The notes under the pieces: model-generated
Database searches by the model: none
Told to the model about the DNA's origin: nothing
What the model saw: only the letters and a program-made list of their open reading frames with translations
Made by a program: the position numbers and the translations under genes
Shown: in pieces, positions 9,749 to 18,799 of the stretch
Numbering within the stretch: the first letter of the stretch is position 1
How the letters are laid out: every line of letters starts with the position of its first letter
Source of the DNA: Nitrosopumilus sp.
GTDB lineage: Archaea > Thermoproteota > Nitrososphaeria > Nitrososphaerales > Nitrosopumilaceae
NCBI GenBank assembly: GCA_029255365.1
Contig: JAPFQF010000036.1
Coordinates: 30,237-94,236 of the forward strand
Length of the DNA stretch: 64,000 nt
Reading direction: 5' to 3'

Positions 9749-10633
9749 ATGGATATGAAAAAATTCATTGAAAAAAATGGATTATCCGCTTTCCCAATTG
9801 GATTGGGCGGGTGTAGAACTTCTGGCTTGTCTTACGATTCATGTGATTATGATCTTTTTGTTTTTGATGAAAAATCAGAACCGGGAACAGTTTTCAAACA
9901 TGGTGATGAATTTGTCAATGTCCACCATGCGTCATTATCTGAAACCAATTCCGAAAAACTTCTCCAATATTACCGGTTGGAAATCCTTCAGGACGAATCA
10001 TGGGATTTGCAGATGATGCTTTCCAGGATTAATGAAAAGCATGTTTCGTTATTTTCTGATTTTGCAAAAAACTGTTTGATAGAATCTCAATTCTGTTGCC
10101 AAAAAACAACAGAGTCCATTCAAAGTCTTGACGTGTTTGCCCCTTGCTGGCAAAAATGTGCCACTTTTTACTTGGCAAAAGCTATCTCTTCAATCAACCA
10201 TCAGCGTTCAAGCCCTTCTCACATGCTTGACTCCTTCCGTAAGATGCAGAAAAATGCCGTCAACGAACATATCTCTATTGTAACTCAGACAGTCGGAATT
10301 GAACGGGCCACTCCTACATTGCTTGAGCGAATGCTGAAATCAACGATGGGGTTTTCTGATCTAATTGAGAAAAACAATCACTCTGAAATTATTCGGCAAA
10401 AACACGATTTCTTTGTAAAAAATTCCATGCTTTCTGATTGCTATTTCTATTTGGCGTATGTGAATAAAGAAAATTTTGTAAAAATTAAGGATACCCTGAG
10501 TCGCCAGCCTGACCTTTTTTACATACTCAGGGTTGCCTTTGACGTTGAGGCTGATTCCCATCTACTTCGACAGCAATCCGAACTTGTACAGAAATCTTGC
10601 AATGAAATACTTGGGATTCTTTCAAGTGCGTAG
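9749..10633 (+). CDS. Hypothetical protein with N-terminal nucleotidyltransferase-like motif
   Basis: GLGGCRTSG...CDYDLFV resembles the pol-beta hG[GS]x9-13DhD motif; helical C-terminal part. Confidence 0.7.
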   Translation: MDMKKFIEKNGLSAFPIGLGGCRTSGLSYDSCDYDLFVFDEKSEPGTVFKHGDEFVNVHHASLSETNSEKLLQYYRLEILQDESWDLQMMLSRINEKHVSLFSDFAKNCLIESQFCCQKTTESIQSLDVFAPCWQKCATFYLAKAISSINHQRSSPSHMLDSFRKMQKNAVNEHISIVTQTVGIERATPTLLERMLKSTMGFSDLIEKNNHSEIIRQKHDFFVKNSMLSDCYFYLAYVNKENFVKIKDTLSRQPDLFYILRVAFDVEADSHLLRQQSELVQKSCNEILGILSSA

Positions 10634-10686
10634 CGTTCCATCTGGATGTACTAACCTTTTAAAATGAGTAAAATTACTGGTTTATC

Positions 10687-10830
10687 ATGGTAGATCAAGC
10701 ATGTGGATGCGAAGCTGACAGCGGCGATCCAGATTATTCCTGCGATTGTGCAATGCAAGGTCATTGTATATGCAGTTCTGATTGCAAATGTAATACCGAC
10801 GTTTGTAAAGAAGCAACTAAAAGTTACTAA
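10687..10830 (+). CDS. Metallothionein-like Cys-rich peptide (47 aa)
   Basis: MVDQACGCEADSGDPDYSCDCAMQGHCICSSDCKCNTDVCKEATKSY; 9 Cys, four CxC; TTTTAAAA about 25 nt upstream, T-rich tract downstream. Confidence 0.7.
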   Translation: MVDQACGCEADSGDPDYSCDCAMQGHCICSSDCKCNTDVCKEATKSY

Positions 10831-10863
10831 TTGGACTAGAGTTCCAATACTAATTTTTTATTT

Positions 10864-11034
10864 TTATTTATCATCATCATCGTCAAAGCCCCATGACTTT
10901 ACTAATTCTTTTTGGAACTTGTCAGCTTGTTTTTCATCCAGTGAGAATCCGCAATTTTTGTGAGTAGGAACTACAGTCATGCCGTCTAGTTTGAATTCAA
11001 CTTCAAACAAATGTACTTTGGAGCATTCACACAT
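10864..11034 (-). CDS. Small Cys/His protein (56 aa)
   Basis: MCECSKVHLFEVEFKLDGMTVVPTHKNCGFSLDEKQADKFQKELVKSWGFDDDDDK read manually. Confidence 0.7.
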   Translation of the reverse strand: MCECSKVHLFEVEFKLDGMTVVPTHKNCGFSLDEKQADKFQKELVKSWGFDDDDDK

Positions 11035-11158
11035 TTCTGGAATTTCTGTGCTTGTTCCTCTATATTTGCTTATTTGAATAAGATTTCACTGCCTATTTTT
11101 TCACTCTTTACATATATGAAAAACGTTTAACTATCCGTTTTGACAATTTTTTTTAGAT

Positions 11159-12622
11159 TTGAAAACATCATTATTGATAATTTCAGCAATTACTGCATTA
11201 CTTTTTGGATTATTGGCAAGTCCTTCAGCTTTTGCACAAGTCCACACTGGGGGTGTTGATAAAGAAGGTTCTTGGTATGCTGGTGAAGGTCTCAAACAAG
11301 GAGATTTCTTTTCTTATTCTATGTGTCATGTGGATTACAAAGAATGCACTACATTTGAAATGGATATTTGGATCAAAGGTGACAAACAAGTTGGTAGTGA
11401 AAGTAAATGGTTAGCTGAAGTGGCTGTTTTTGATGGAAGTAAAATAATTGTCGGTGAAATAGAACTTGGAAAAATTGCTCCAGAACCAACAGGTGGCAGT
11501 CCAGAACTGGGGCTATACCGTGGAGCATTCAAATCTTCTATAGTTTGGTTATCTGCATTTGCAACATCTGATGGCAGCTCTGGTGGAAAAGGACCAAAAG
11601 AGTTCAGTGCGATATCTTGGGGTAAAATTGGAAATATTGGTGGAGAGCAAGTTTTTCCAATGGCAATTGAAACCATTACAGTTCCTGCAGGAACTTGGGA
11701 AACAGTTCAAATAGGATGGAAAACTGGTGGTGCTACAAGCAAGATTTGGATTGTAGATGATTTTCCATTTCCAATAAAAGCTAAAACATACACTCATGTT
11801 TCACAAGGAATACCTCCAACAGAATACGATTTTAAATTATTAGAGTATAGAGAAAATGTTCAAAAATCTCCTATTGATAAATACACGTCAACTACAAGTG
11901 AATTTGCAGCTGCTGGATGTGAAACTGACATTGAAAAATCAATCAGCATAAAAAAACCTACACATAACTTTGATTATCAAGTTCACTTGTTTTATGGGCC
12001 TGAAGATCTTGTTCAAGGATGTGAAACTAACTGGCTCATAAATTTTATCAAAAAATCAGACGATGCTGAATTTCTAAATCAAGTTCAATATGATATTTTT
12101 GTTGTGGATGATAACTTGACTCCCTTAAGATCTATTGCTCAAGAAGAAGGTAGGGATTTCCTTTATTCTCCATCTGGACAAGCTTTAGTTGATTTTATTA
12201 TTAAAGAAGAACCTGGAACGGCAAAATATGTTATATGGATTTATGGTTTATCTCCTGAAGGTATTGTACCCAACGTTAGATCTGATTATTTGAAAATACA
12301 AGTTCCAATTTATGGTTCTGATGACACATCTTCTGTTCAAAAAATCCCCTCATGGATTAAGAATAATGCAGGATGGTGGGCTGATGGCTCCATTGATGAT
12401 AATTCATTTGTGCAGGGAATCCAATTCCTGATCAAAGAGGGAATAATGAAGATCCCTCCAACAACTCAGGGCTCTGGCGGAAGTACAAACAACATCCCCT
12501 CATGGATTAAGAATAATGCAGGATGGTGGGCTGATGGCTCCATTGATGATAATTCATTTGTGCAGGGAATCCAATTCCTGATCAAAGAGGGAATCATGAA
12601 GATTCCACTTAGTAAAAGTTAA
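11159..12622 (+). CDS. Secreted/surface protein with two C-terminal IPxWIKNNAGWWADG repeat domains
   Basis: Signal peptide ending AFA; duplicated thaumarchaeal C-terminal domain. Confidence 0.85.
   Translation: MKTSLLIISAITALLFGLLASPSAFAQVHTGGVDKEGSWYAGEGLKQGDFFSYSMCHVDYKECTTFEMDIWIKGDKQVGSESKWLAEVAVFDGSKIIVGEIELGKIAPEPTGGSPELGLYRGAFKSSIVWLSAFATSDGSSGGKGPKEFSAISWGKIGNIGGEQVFPMAIETITVPAGTWETVQIGWKTGGATSKIWIVDDFPFPIKAKTYTHVSQGIPPTEYDFKLLEYRENVQKSPIDKYTSTTSEFAAAGCETDIEKSISIKKPTHNFDYQVHLFYGPEDLVQGCETNWLINFIKKSDDAEFLNQVQYDIFVVDDNLTPLRSIAQEEGRDFLYSPSGQALVDFIIKEEPGTAKYVIWIYGLSPEGIVPNVRSDYLKIQVPIYGSDDTSSVQKIPSWIKNNAGWWADGSIDDNSFVQGIQFLIKEGIMKIPPTTQGSGGSTNNIPSWIKNNAGWWADGSIDDNSFVQGIQFLIKEGIMKIPLSKS
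12344..12603 (+). repeat. Intragenic direct repeat of about 110 bp (12344-12453 and 12494-12603)
   Basis: First 101 nt identical, one mismatch in 110 nt, 150-nt period. Confidence 0.95.
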
Positions 12623-12720
12623 ACAAATTCAGGTTCGGAACCTGATGCATGGTACGAGTGATATTTTTTATGATGTTTTACATTCAAATTACTAAAATCT
12701 CTTAATAATATCGAATCAAT

Positions 12721-13080
12721 ATGGTAGGTCTTTTCAAACATCCTAAACGCCAAATCAAAAAATTACTTAGAGATGGTGAATATGATGAGGCTATAGCATT
12801 TGGAATGAGTCTGGAGTCTGAATATTCTGAAGACCATGATTTTATGTTTATCATGGGCAGTGCTTTTTTTATCGTAGATGACGCGCAAAGGGCATTGCCC
12901 TATTTTGAAAAGGCATTCCAATTGGATGACGCTGATGTTGAGACTCTGACTCTTAAGACTAACGTACATTTGGCATTGGAACAGAAAGACGAGGCTCTTG
13001 CTTGCTGCAGGTATATTGTGAAGCTTCAACCAAAAAATACTGAAGCTCAGGAACTACTTGAAAAACTTGAAAGTATTTGA
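12721..13080 (+). CDS. TPR-repeat protein
   Basis: GEYDEAI, ALPYFEKAFQLD, EALACC...LQPKN TPR-like helices. Confidence 0.8.
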   Translation: MVGLFKHPKRQIKKLLRDGEYDEAIAFGMSLESEYSEDHDFMFIMGSAFFIVDDAQRALPYFEKAFQLDDADVETLTLKTNVHLALEQKDEALACCRYIVKLQPKNTEAQELLEKLESI

Positions 13081-13092
13081 TTTAGGAAATTA

Positions 13093-13602
13093 TTATTTCT
13101 TTTTCATCTCATACACATTTTCCATTAGCCAATTACAAAATGCTGTAACTTTGTCATCAAAATCAGTCCAAATGTGAACTGAATGAGGTAAAATGTCTAT
13201 TTTCCAATTCTCTGTAAATACTCTTACCCCTTCTTTATTTTCGTACATGTAGGCATCTTCCGTTTTAACATCTCCTAACATTTCAACTGCTTTTTGTTTG
13301 ATGATTTCTCTATCTATTGGAAATCTTTTCCTGTCGTAATCGATAATCAAGCTCAGATCTCTTTTGCCATAATTTTCAAATTCTTCAATTCTGCCTTGTT
13401 TTGGAAAATTTACAATCAATTTGATGTTGTATTTTTTCCCAACCTCTTTGCCGATTTCAACAATTCGGGTGTATGCCATTGCCGGATTTTTGTTTAATAG
13501 AAATCTGATCTGTGCTAGGTCTTTTTTCAGTTCAGATTGCAAGTCGCTGACTAGTTCTGAAAATATCATCACTTTCTTCTGAAAAATTCCTATTATAATC
13601 AT
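13093..13602 (-). CDS. Hypothetical protein
   Basis: 169-aa ORF; true start may be slightly downstream. Confidence 0.7.
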   Translation of the reverse strand: MIIIGIFQKKVMIFSELVSDLQSELKKDLAQIRFLLNKNPAMAYTRIVEIGKEVGKKYNIKLIVNFPKQGRIEEFENYGKRDLSLIIDYDRKRFPIDREIIKQKAVEMLGDVKTEDAYMYENKEGVRVFTENWKIDILPHSVHIWTDFDDKVTAFCNWLMENVYEMKKK

Positions 13603-13679
13603 TAGATTCCAAACTCCAACACGCTAAAGTTCACACCCTTCAAAAAATTTAATAAAAAGAGATTGGGATTCATACTGGA

Positions 13680-13823
13680 ATGAGTGCAGTATTTGATGCA
13701 GAAATAGCAGAACGCGAATGCCCCGGATGCAAAAGAATGACAAAGTCAATGTTTTGTCCAAAGTGTGGCAAGTGCGAATTCTGTCACAAGATAATGGAAG
13801 GGGAATTAAAATGTCAAAATTAG
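13680..13823 (+). CDS. Zinc-ribbon microprotein (47 aa)
   Basis: MSAVFDAEIAERECPGCKRMTKSMFCPKCGKCEFCHKIMEGELKCQN; CPGC, CPKC, CEFCH. Confidence 0.7.
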   Translation: MSAVFDAEIAERECPGCKRMTKSMFCPKCGKCEFCHKIMEGELKCQN

Positions 13824-13974
13824 ATGCGCCTTAAGCCGACTTTTTGAGAATTATACAATACGCCAAACTCCGATCTGTAACATTTCAGAATTCCCTTGTT
13901 TATGCTAGGAAAACATTACTATTCATTAATTTCTGCCAAGATTGGTTTTTTTAGAACTTCGATTAGTTCAGAAC

Positions 13975-14619
13975 ATGGCAATGCCTATGGATTATGACGG
14001 GATGAGGACAGATGACGCTTCACTGAGAACCGACAATGTGGATGATTACAGGAGAACATGCATTGATTTTATCGAGGATATCTCACATGATTATGAGGCA
14101 TGGGTTGATTATTACAAATTGCCTGAAGACGAGGACAAAAGAAGGCGTGCGGGCATCCGTGCCACCATCACGCGAACCAATGACTGGATAGCAAAAGTTG
14201 CACAGTCAATCAAGGCAATTGACGTTGTTATGAATGACGGAATACAAAAAATGGCCGAGGCCACTGCGGGAAAGCCTCTCCAAATAGGCGTTTTTGTAAA
14301 TCACAAATCCGGTTACACCGAAACAAGTCCCGGAATAATTGATGTCAGTGTAAGGGGCACTGCAAGGGAAGGGAGAAAAATGAAACTTGGATTTCATTTT
14401 AAAGACGACCGATTTAGAGTTGAATCAACGTGCAATGCTCGTTTTGCTGAGGAAAACTTGCCTACTCAGGAATTTGAAAATTTGGATATCCATCTTAAAC
14501 TTTATGCCGAAGGTGCAAAGCCACGCGATGTTATCTCATTCACTGTGACTCTGAGTGAAATTGAAAACGATGTTGAATTTGACAGACGGGGAATTTCGAC
14601 TATTGTTCATCTGGTATAG
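13975..14619 (+). CDS. Hypothetical protein
   Basis: About 214 aa from ATG 13975; helical N-half, beta-rich C-half. Confidence 0.7.
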   Translation: MAMPMDYDGMRTDDASLRTDNVDDYRRTCIDFIEDISHDYEAWVDYYKLPEDEDKRRRAGIRATITRTNDWIAKVAQSIKAIDVVMNDGIQKMAEATAGKPLQIGVFVNHKSGYTETSPGIIDVSVRGTAREGRKMKLGFHFKDDRFRVESTCNARFAEENLPTQEFENLDIHLKLYAEGAKPRDVISFTVTLSEIENDVEFDRRGISTIVHLV

Positions 14620-16846
14620 ATTCGCGAACGTCTTCCTCACCTATGTAGTCGATAAATTTTCCAGTGTTTTCAAGTTTTATTGAATTTATTTCTTCCAATC
14701 TGTCCAAGGAATTCATCTTCAGATATCCCTCAGAAGCAGTATACAAGACATCCTCAATATAGAAAGTTCTTGCATTGCTCATTCCGTAGTAGCCTGAATC
14801 TTCTGCAGAATGTGTTATGGTTCCTTTGAGATTGAATCCGTCCGAACTGTTCAAATCAAATACGTAGAACCCGCTCCAACGGTTGTAGTCTGGCGCAAAC
14901 TTTTTGGCACTTGAAATTACGTCAAGACCTTTGGAATCCCCGCTGATTGGAATTGACAAGACTCCACTTTTTTTATCAAAGAAGAATGCCTTGTGATTAT
15001 TTAGCGCTTCTGAATAAGTTGAACTATCTCCAACTATGATATCATCTGTGACTTTTGGATTACTCACATCTGCTACATTAAACAATGCAATTTTGATTCC
15101 TAATTGTTGGACTCTGCCGTTTTCAATTTCTTTCGTGTCTCTTCCAAATCCTATGACATGTTCCTCATCATATGGATGCAAATAGTTTGAAAACCCTGGA
15201 ATCTTCAACTCTCCTAGTATTTTTGGGGTGTCTGAGGATAAATCAATTACAAAGAAAGGATCAATCTGCTCGAATGTTACCAGGTATAGCCTGTCCCCCA
15301 TGAATCGTGCAGAGAAAATACTCTCCTCGGGGGCAATTTCATCTAATCCTCCTACAATGTTTAGTTCTTCATCTAAGATGTAGACTGCGTTTGAGCGAAC
15401 TGTTCCTTGATGTTGAATGTAATATTCTGTAGTTGTTGCGACTCTGAATCTGTCTCCGTTTTCATCCATGGAGAACTGATTTAGTAGTCTGCCTGGCACC
15501 GAACCCTTGGCTATGTATTCAATTTTGTCCTCATCAATTGAAATTTTATGAATAATTGTTTTTCTGGTGTCTTCCTGAATTTTGACATCGTATTCGTTTA
15601 GTGCCTCTCTAATTTTTTCAAACAACTCTTCCTTGTCATTTTTATCCATTTGGTTGTAAGACTTTTGCATCAATTCTGAAATTTTCATCCACTGCGCTGA
15701 TGAGCTAATTGAGAAATCATTTTTGATTGCTTTGATTTGTTCTTGAATGTTGTTTGGCAATAGCGGCACCACCACATCAAAGAATCTGTCTTGTGCAGAA
15801 TTTTCATAGAATCCAAATGGCATATCTTGCTGATATGTGAGGTAAAAGTTATCTTCAGATACGTAGAATGTGCCCGAATAGCCCATTAGAAATGACTCTG
15901 AATTTATTTTATCTCCGAAAATATTGATTGCTGTTAATGTGTTAAAGTTTGAAAACTGCTCCACATTATCAAAGTAAAATGCATCCGGTGTCATGATTCT
16001 AACTGAATCCTCCATTATTATTGGGAGTCTTGGATACTGATAGTCAATATTGCTGTTTGTTACAAAGTACGCATAGTCTCCAATCATTCGAGCATCCATG
16101 AAATAGCCGTCTATGGAATAATCTTTTAGAATTGTAGGATGTTCTTTGTCTGATACATCTACAATCAATGCATGCGTAACAGAACTGTACGAACGCGTAG
16201 GAACAAAGTCGTACTGTGGAATAATCTCGTCGTCACTTTGCCCATTGTAAAATATTACCAGTCTGTCATCATTTAGGAACATGTTCTGAATGTATTGTGA
16301 TTCAATATCTAGTGCAATTTTTAAAATTAATTTTGCTGATTCTGCAGGATATGCATCAATGATTGAAAGTGTATTTTGTGATACAATGTACACATACTTT
16401 GAATCGTTTTTAAGATAATCCGGCTCGTCTACATTTTCAACTTGAACATTTGTTGTTGAATACTCTGATCCTCCTGATTCTGTTTTAGATGCTCCATCTG
16501 AAGGCATAGATGAAACTGATGGAACAGGAACTCCTGCAGATGCGGCACTATCAAACATTACACTTTCTTCAACTGCCATGGATTTCATCATTCGATTATC
16601 GTAGAAATTTCCTCCAAATGATGATGATGTCTCCAGAATGTTTTTTAGCTCTTCTTGTGATGATATTTTTTTAACATTGTTTGTGCCTTCAAAATATTCA
16701 GAAACTGATTTGTCGACATAGATTATTTCAGTTTGAGGTGTTTGTGTAATTTGTGGTTGATTATCAAATCCTATTGAAAACATTATTCCTGCTGTAACTA
16801 TTACCGAAATGGCGATTACAATTGGTATTGTTATTTTTGAGTTCAT
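14600..16846 (-). CDS. Membrane-anchored secreted beta-propeller domain protein
   Basis: N-terminal TM; YSTTNVQVENVDEPD, LLNQFSMDE, GELKIPGFSNYLHP motifs of the Beta_propel family. Confidence 0.88.
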   Translation of the reverse strand: MNSKITIPIVIAISVIVTAGIMFSIGFDNQPQITQTPQTEIIYVDKSVSEYFEGTNNVKKISSQEELKNILETSSSFGGNFYDNRMMKSMAVEESVMFDSAASAGVPVPSVSSMPSDGASKTESGGSEYSTTNVQVENVDEPDYLKNDSKYVYIVSQNTLSIIDAYPAESAKLILKIALDIESQYIQNMFLNDDRLVIFYNGQSDDEIIPQYDFVPTRSYSSVTHALIVDVSDKEHPTILKDYSIDGYFMDARMIGDYAYFVTNSNIDYQYPRLPIIMEDSVRIMTPDAFYFDNVEQFSNFNTLTAINIFGDKINSESFLMGYSGTFYVSEDNFYLTYQQDMPFGFYENSAQDRFFDVVVPLLPNNIQEQIKAIKNDFSISSSAQWMKISELMQKSYNQMDKNDKEELFEKIREALNEYDVKIQEDTRKTIIHKISIDEDKIEYIAKGSVPGRLLNQFSMDENGDRFRVATTTEYYIQHQGTVRSNAVYILDEELNIVGGLDEIAPEESIFSARFMGDRLYLVTFEQIDPFFVIDLSSDTPKILGELKIPGFSNYLHPYDEEHVIGFGRDTKEIENGRVQQLGIKIALFNVADVSNPKVTDDIIVGDSSTYSEALNNHKAFFFDKKSGVLSIPISGDSKGLDVISSAKKFAPDYNRWSGFYVFDLNSSDGFNLKGTITHSAEDSGYYGMSNARTFYIEDVLYTASEGYLKMNSLDRLEEINSIKLENTGKFIDYIGEEDVRESIPDEQ

Positions 16847-16929
16847 TTTTTATCCCCACTCTGTAAGCTGTTTGTCTTTTTGAAAACTCGCATTTAGTGA
16901 TTGCTATCCTTTCGTAGTTGGGGATAAAA

Positions 16930-16959
16930 TGTTTAGTGAAATCCCAATTTCACCAAACA
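16930..16959. promoter_or_regulatory. 13-bp inverted repeat (one mismatch), candidate operator between divergent genes
   Basis: TGTTTAGTGAAAT-ccca-ATTTCACCAAACA next to TTTACATATA. Confidence 0.6.
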
Positions 16960-16993
16960 ATTTACATATACTGGAATCAGTTAATCAACTCTG

Positions 16994-17734
16994 TTGTCCG
17001 CCGATGAATTGCCAAACGACGAATTGATTGAAAATATCAAAATTATTGCAACTGATGATGAAAAAATAAAGTCCTTTGGTGAGATATTTACCAGTGATTC
17101 CAGCCGCAAAATCCTTCAATTATTATTTAATGAAGAGTTGTCTGCTAATCAGATTGCTCAAAAAAGTGATGTATCAATTCAATTAGTCAAATATCATCTA
17201 AACAAACTACAAGATCTTGGTGTGGTAAAAGTCTCAAAGATTGAAAAAAATTCAAAATCTCAAGACATGAAAATTTACTCCGCATCAAAATTCAGTCTTG
17301 TTATAGTTCCACCTAAACTATCAGAAAAAACTAAAGAAAGTAAACTACTGGTTCACTCGTTTAGACATATCTACAAAGTTGCCGGACTTGGAATTGCAAC
17401 TGGGCTTTCAGGGTTGTTTTCTCTATCTCAGTTCAAAAACAAACAAATCTTCGTAGGTGATCCTGCTGGCGGTTTTTCAACTGTTGGGGAATCTGCCAAG
17501 AGCATGCAATCAATTCCAAGTGAAGAGTCTATGCGTTCACTTCCTGCATCTGCCCCGATGGTTGCAGAATCCGAATCCCGGGATGTCGCCCAACACGGTT
17601 TGGACGTTGCAGAAACTGTGGCAAATTCCGAGATAACTGCAAGCTCTGATTTGTTTTTGCCTTTTGTAATGGTTACCCTGCTTTTGGGTGCGATTACCGC
17701 ATATTATTTGTGGAAATTAAGAAAGTCCAGTTAA
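16994..17734 (+). CDS. ArsR-type wHTH regulator with C-terminal transmembrane segments
   Basis: SRKILQLL...SANQIA...LVKYHLNKLQDLGVV; hydrophobic segments VAGLGIATGLSGLF and LFLPFVMVTLLLGAITAYYLW. Confidence 0.85.
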   Translation: MSADELPNDELIENIKIIATDDEKIKSFGEIFTSDSSRKILQLLFNEELSANQIAQKSDVSIQLVKYHLNKLQDLGVVKVSKIEKNSKSQDMKIYSASKFSLVIVPPKLSEKTKESKLLVHSFRHIYKVAGLGIATGLSGLFSLSQFKNKQIFVGDPAGGFSTVGESAKSMQSIPSEESMRSLPASAPMVAESESRDVAQHGLDVAETVANSEITASSDLFLPFVMVTLLLGAITAYYLWKLRKSS

Positions 17735-18048
17735 TTCAGCGTTACTTCTATTGCGACCCTTTTTTCTTTAGCTCTTTCTTCCCCGGGGTATTTTAGAATG
17801 GATATTTTTTCATTCAGTTCTTGGTCTGTCACCAATTTTGCATTTCCTGTGAAGGTAGTGCCGTTGTACTGAATTTTGACTAGTGGGTTTGCCAGGGCAT
17901 TTTGAAACCAGTCTCCGTCTGGCCTGTGCCTTGAAAAGTAAATTTTTCCATCATGGTTGACTGCACGGAGCATCACGCTGTGTTCTCTTCCTGTCTTTCT
18001 TCCCTTCGTGATAAGGATTGGGCGAAACAGATTTTCCTTAATTTCCAT
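17731..18048 (-). CDS. Deazaflavin-dependent nitroreductase (Ddn)-like split-barrel protein
   Basis: LITKGRKTGREH and DWFQNALANPLV motifs. Confidence 0.75.
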   Translation of the reverse strand: MEIKENLFRPILITKGRKTGREHSVMLRAVNHDGKIYFSRHRPDGDWFQNALANPLVKIQYNGTTFTGNAKLVTDQELNEKISILKYPGEERAKEKRVAIEVTLN

Positions 18049-18138
18049 GCGTAGTTTTTTTTGCAGTCAAGTAATTTAACCCCATTGATAGAAATTTCTG
18101 ATATTCGGTGTCATAAGCAAATCTGTTGATTTGACGGC

Positions 18139-18591
18139 ATGTCCATAAAACTTGAAGGCATGCCTGCCAATCTGGCCACTGCCGATACATTTACTGGAAA
18201 AAAAGTCATCGATAGAGAAGGAATTGAATATGGTAAAGTCAAACACATTCACATTAACAAAGACACGCTAGCTGTAAACGGTGTGACTATCCATCAGGGA
18301 TTCCGCAGAGATTATTTTCTATCTGAGGATTACATTGACAAGTTTTCTGATGAAACGCTGCTTCTTAGCCGACCTCCTGTGAGAACTGGAATTCCGGTAA
18401 CTGATATTGACAGACACAAAATTGGCAAAGTAAAGCGATTGCATAAAAATTCAGAAACAAACGAATTGGAATCAATTGAAGTCACTGACGGTCTAATGCA
18501 TTCCAAAATCCTATCCAAATCTGATATTTGGGGTGTGGGGGAAAAAGTCATTTTAAGAATGACCAAAGAAGAATTCAAAAAACTTGAATAA
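18139..18591 (+). CDS. Tandem PRC-barrel domain protein
   Basis: GKKVIDREGIEYGKV and GIPVTDIDRHKIGKV repeats. Confidence 0.8.
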   Translation: MSIKLEGMPANLATADTFTGKKVIDREGIEYGKVKHIHINKDTLAVNGVTIHQGFRRDYFLSEDYIDKFSDETLLLSRPPVRTGIPVTDIDRHKIGKVKRLHKNSETNELESIEVTDGLMHSKILSKSDIWGVGEKVILRMTKEEFKKLE

Positions 18592-18799
18592 TCTCTTTTA
18601 ATCTCTTTTTTTAAAATGACCTTTTTTGATTATTTTGTTTTTTTAGAACAAACATCGCATACGGGAATTCCTTCTCGAATCTTCACTTCCACATTTGACG
18701 AGTGGCATTTTTGACATAATCCTTTCATGCCTTTGATTCGTTAATCGGTCTTTAAATTTTTTATGAGGATCGGCTAAACCGATCCTTAGCAATTTATAA

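Noticed and set aside
10703-10963. 86-aa track ORF
   Set aside because: Alternative frame over the metallothionein-like gene and antisense to the 56-aa gene; no recognisable features
12344-12603. Possible DGR template/variable repeat pair or CRISPR repeat
   Set aside because: Both copies are in-frame in one gene with almost no differences; no reverse transcriptase, cas genes or spacers
12629-12645. Palindrome TCAGGTTC-G-GAACCTGA
   Set aside because: Single short occurrence after a stop codon; no supportable function
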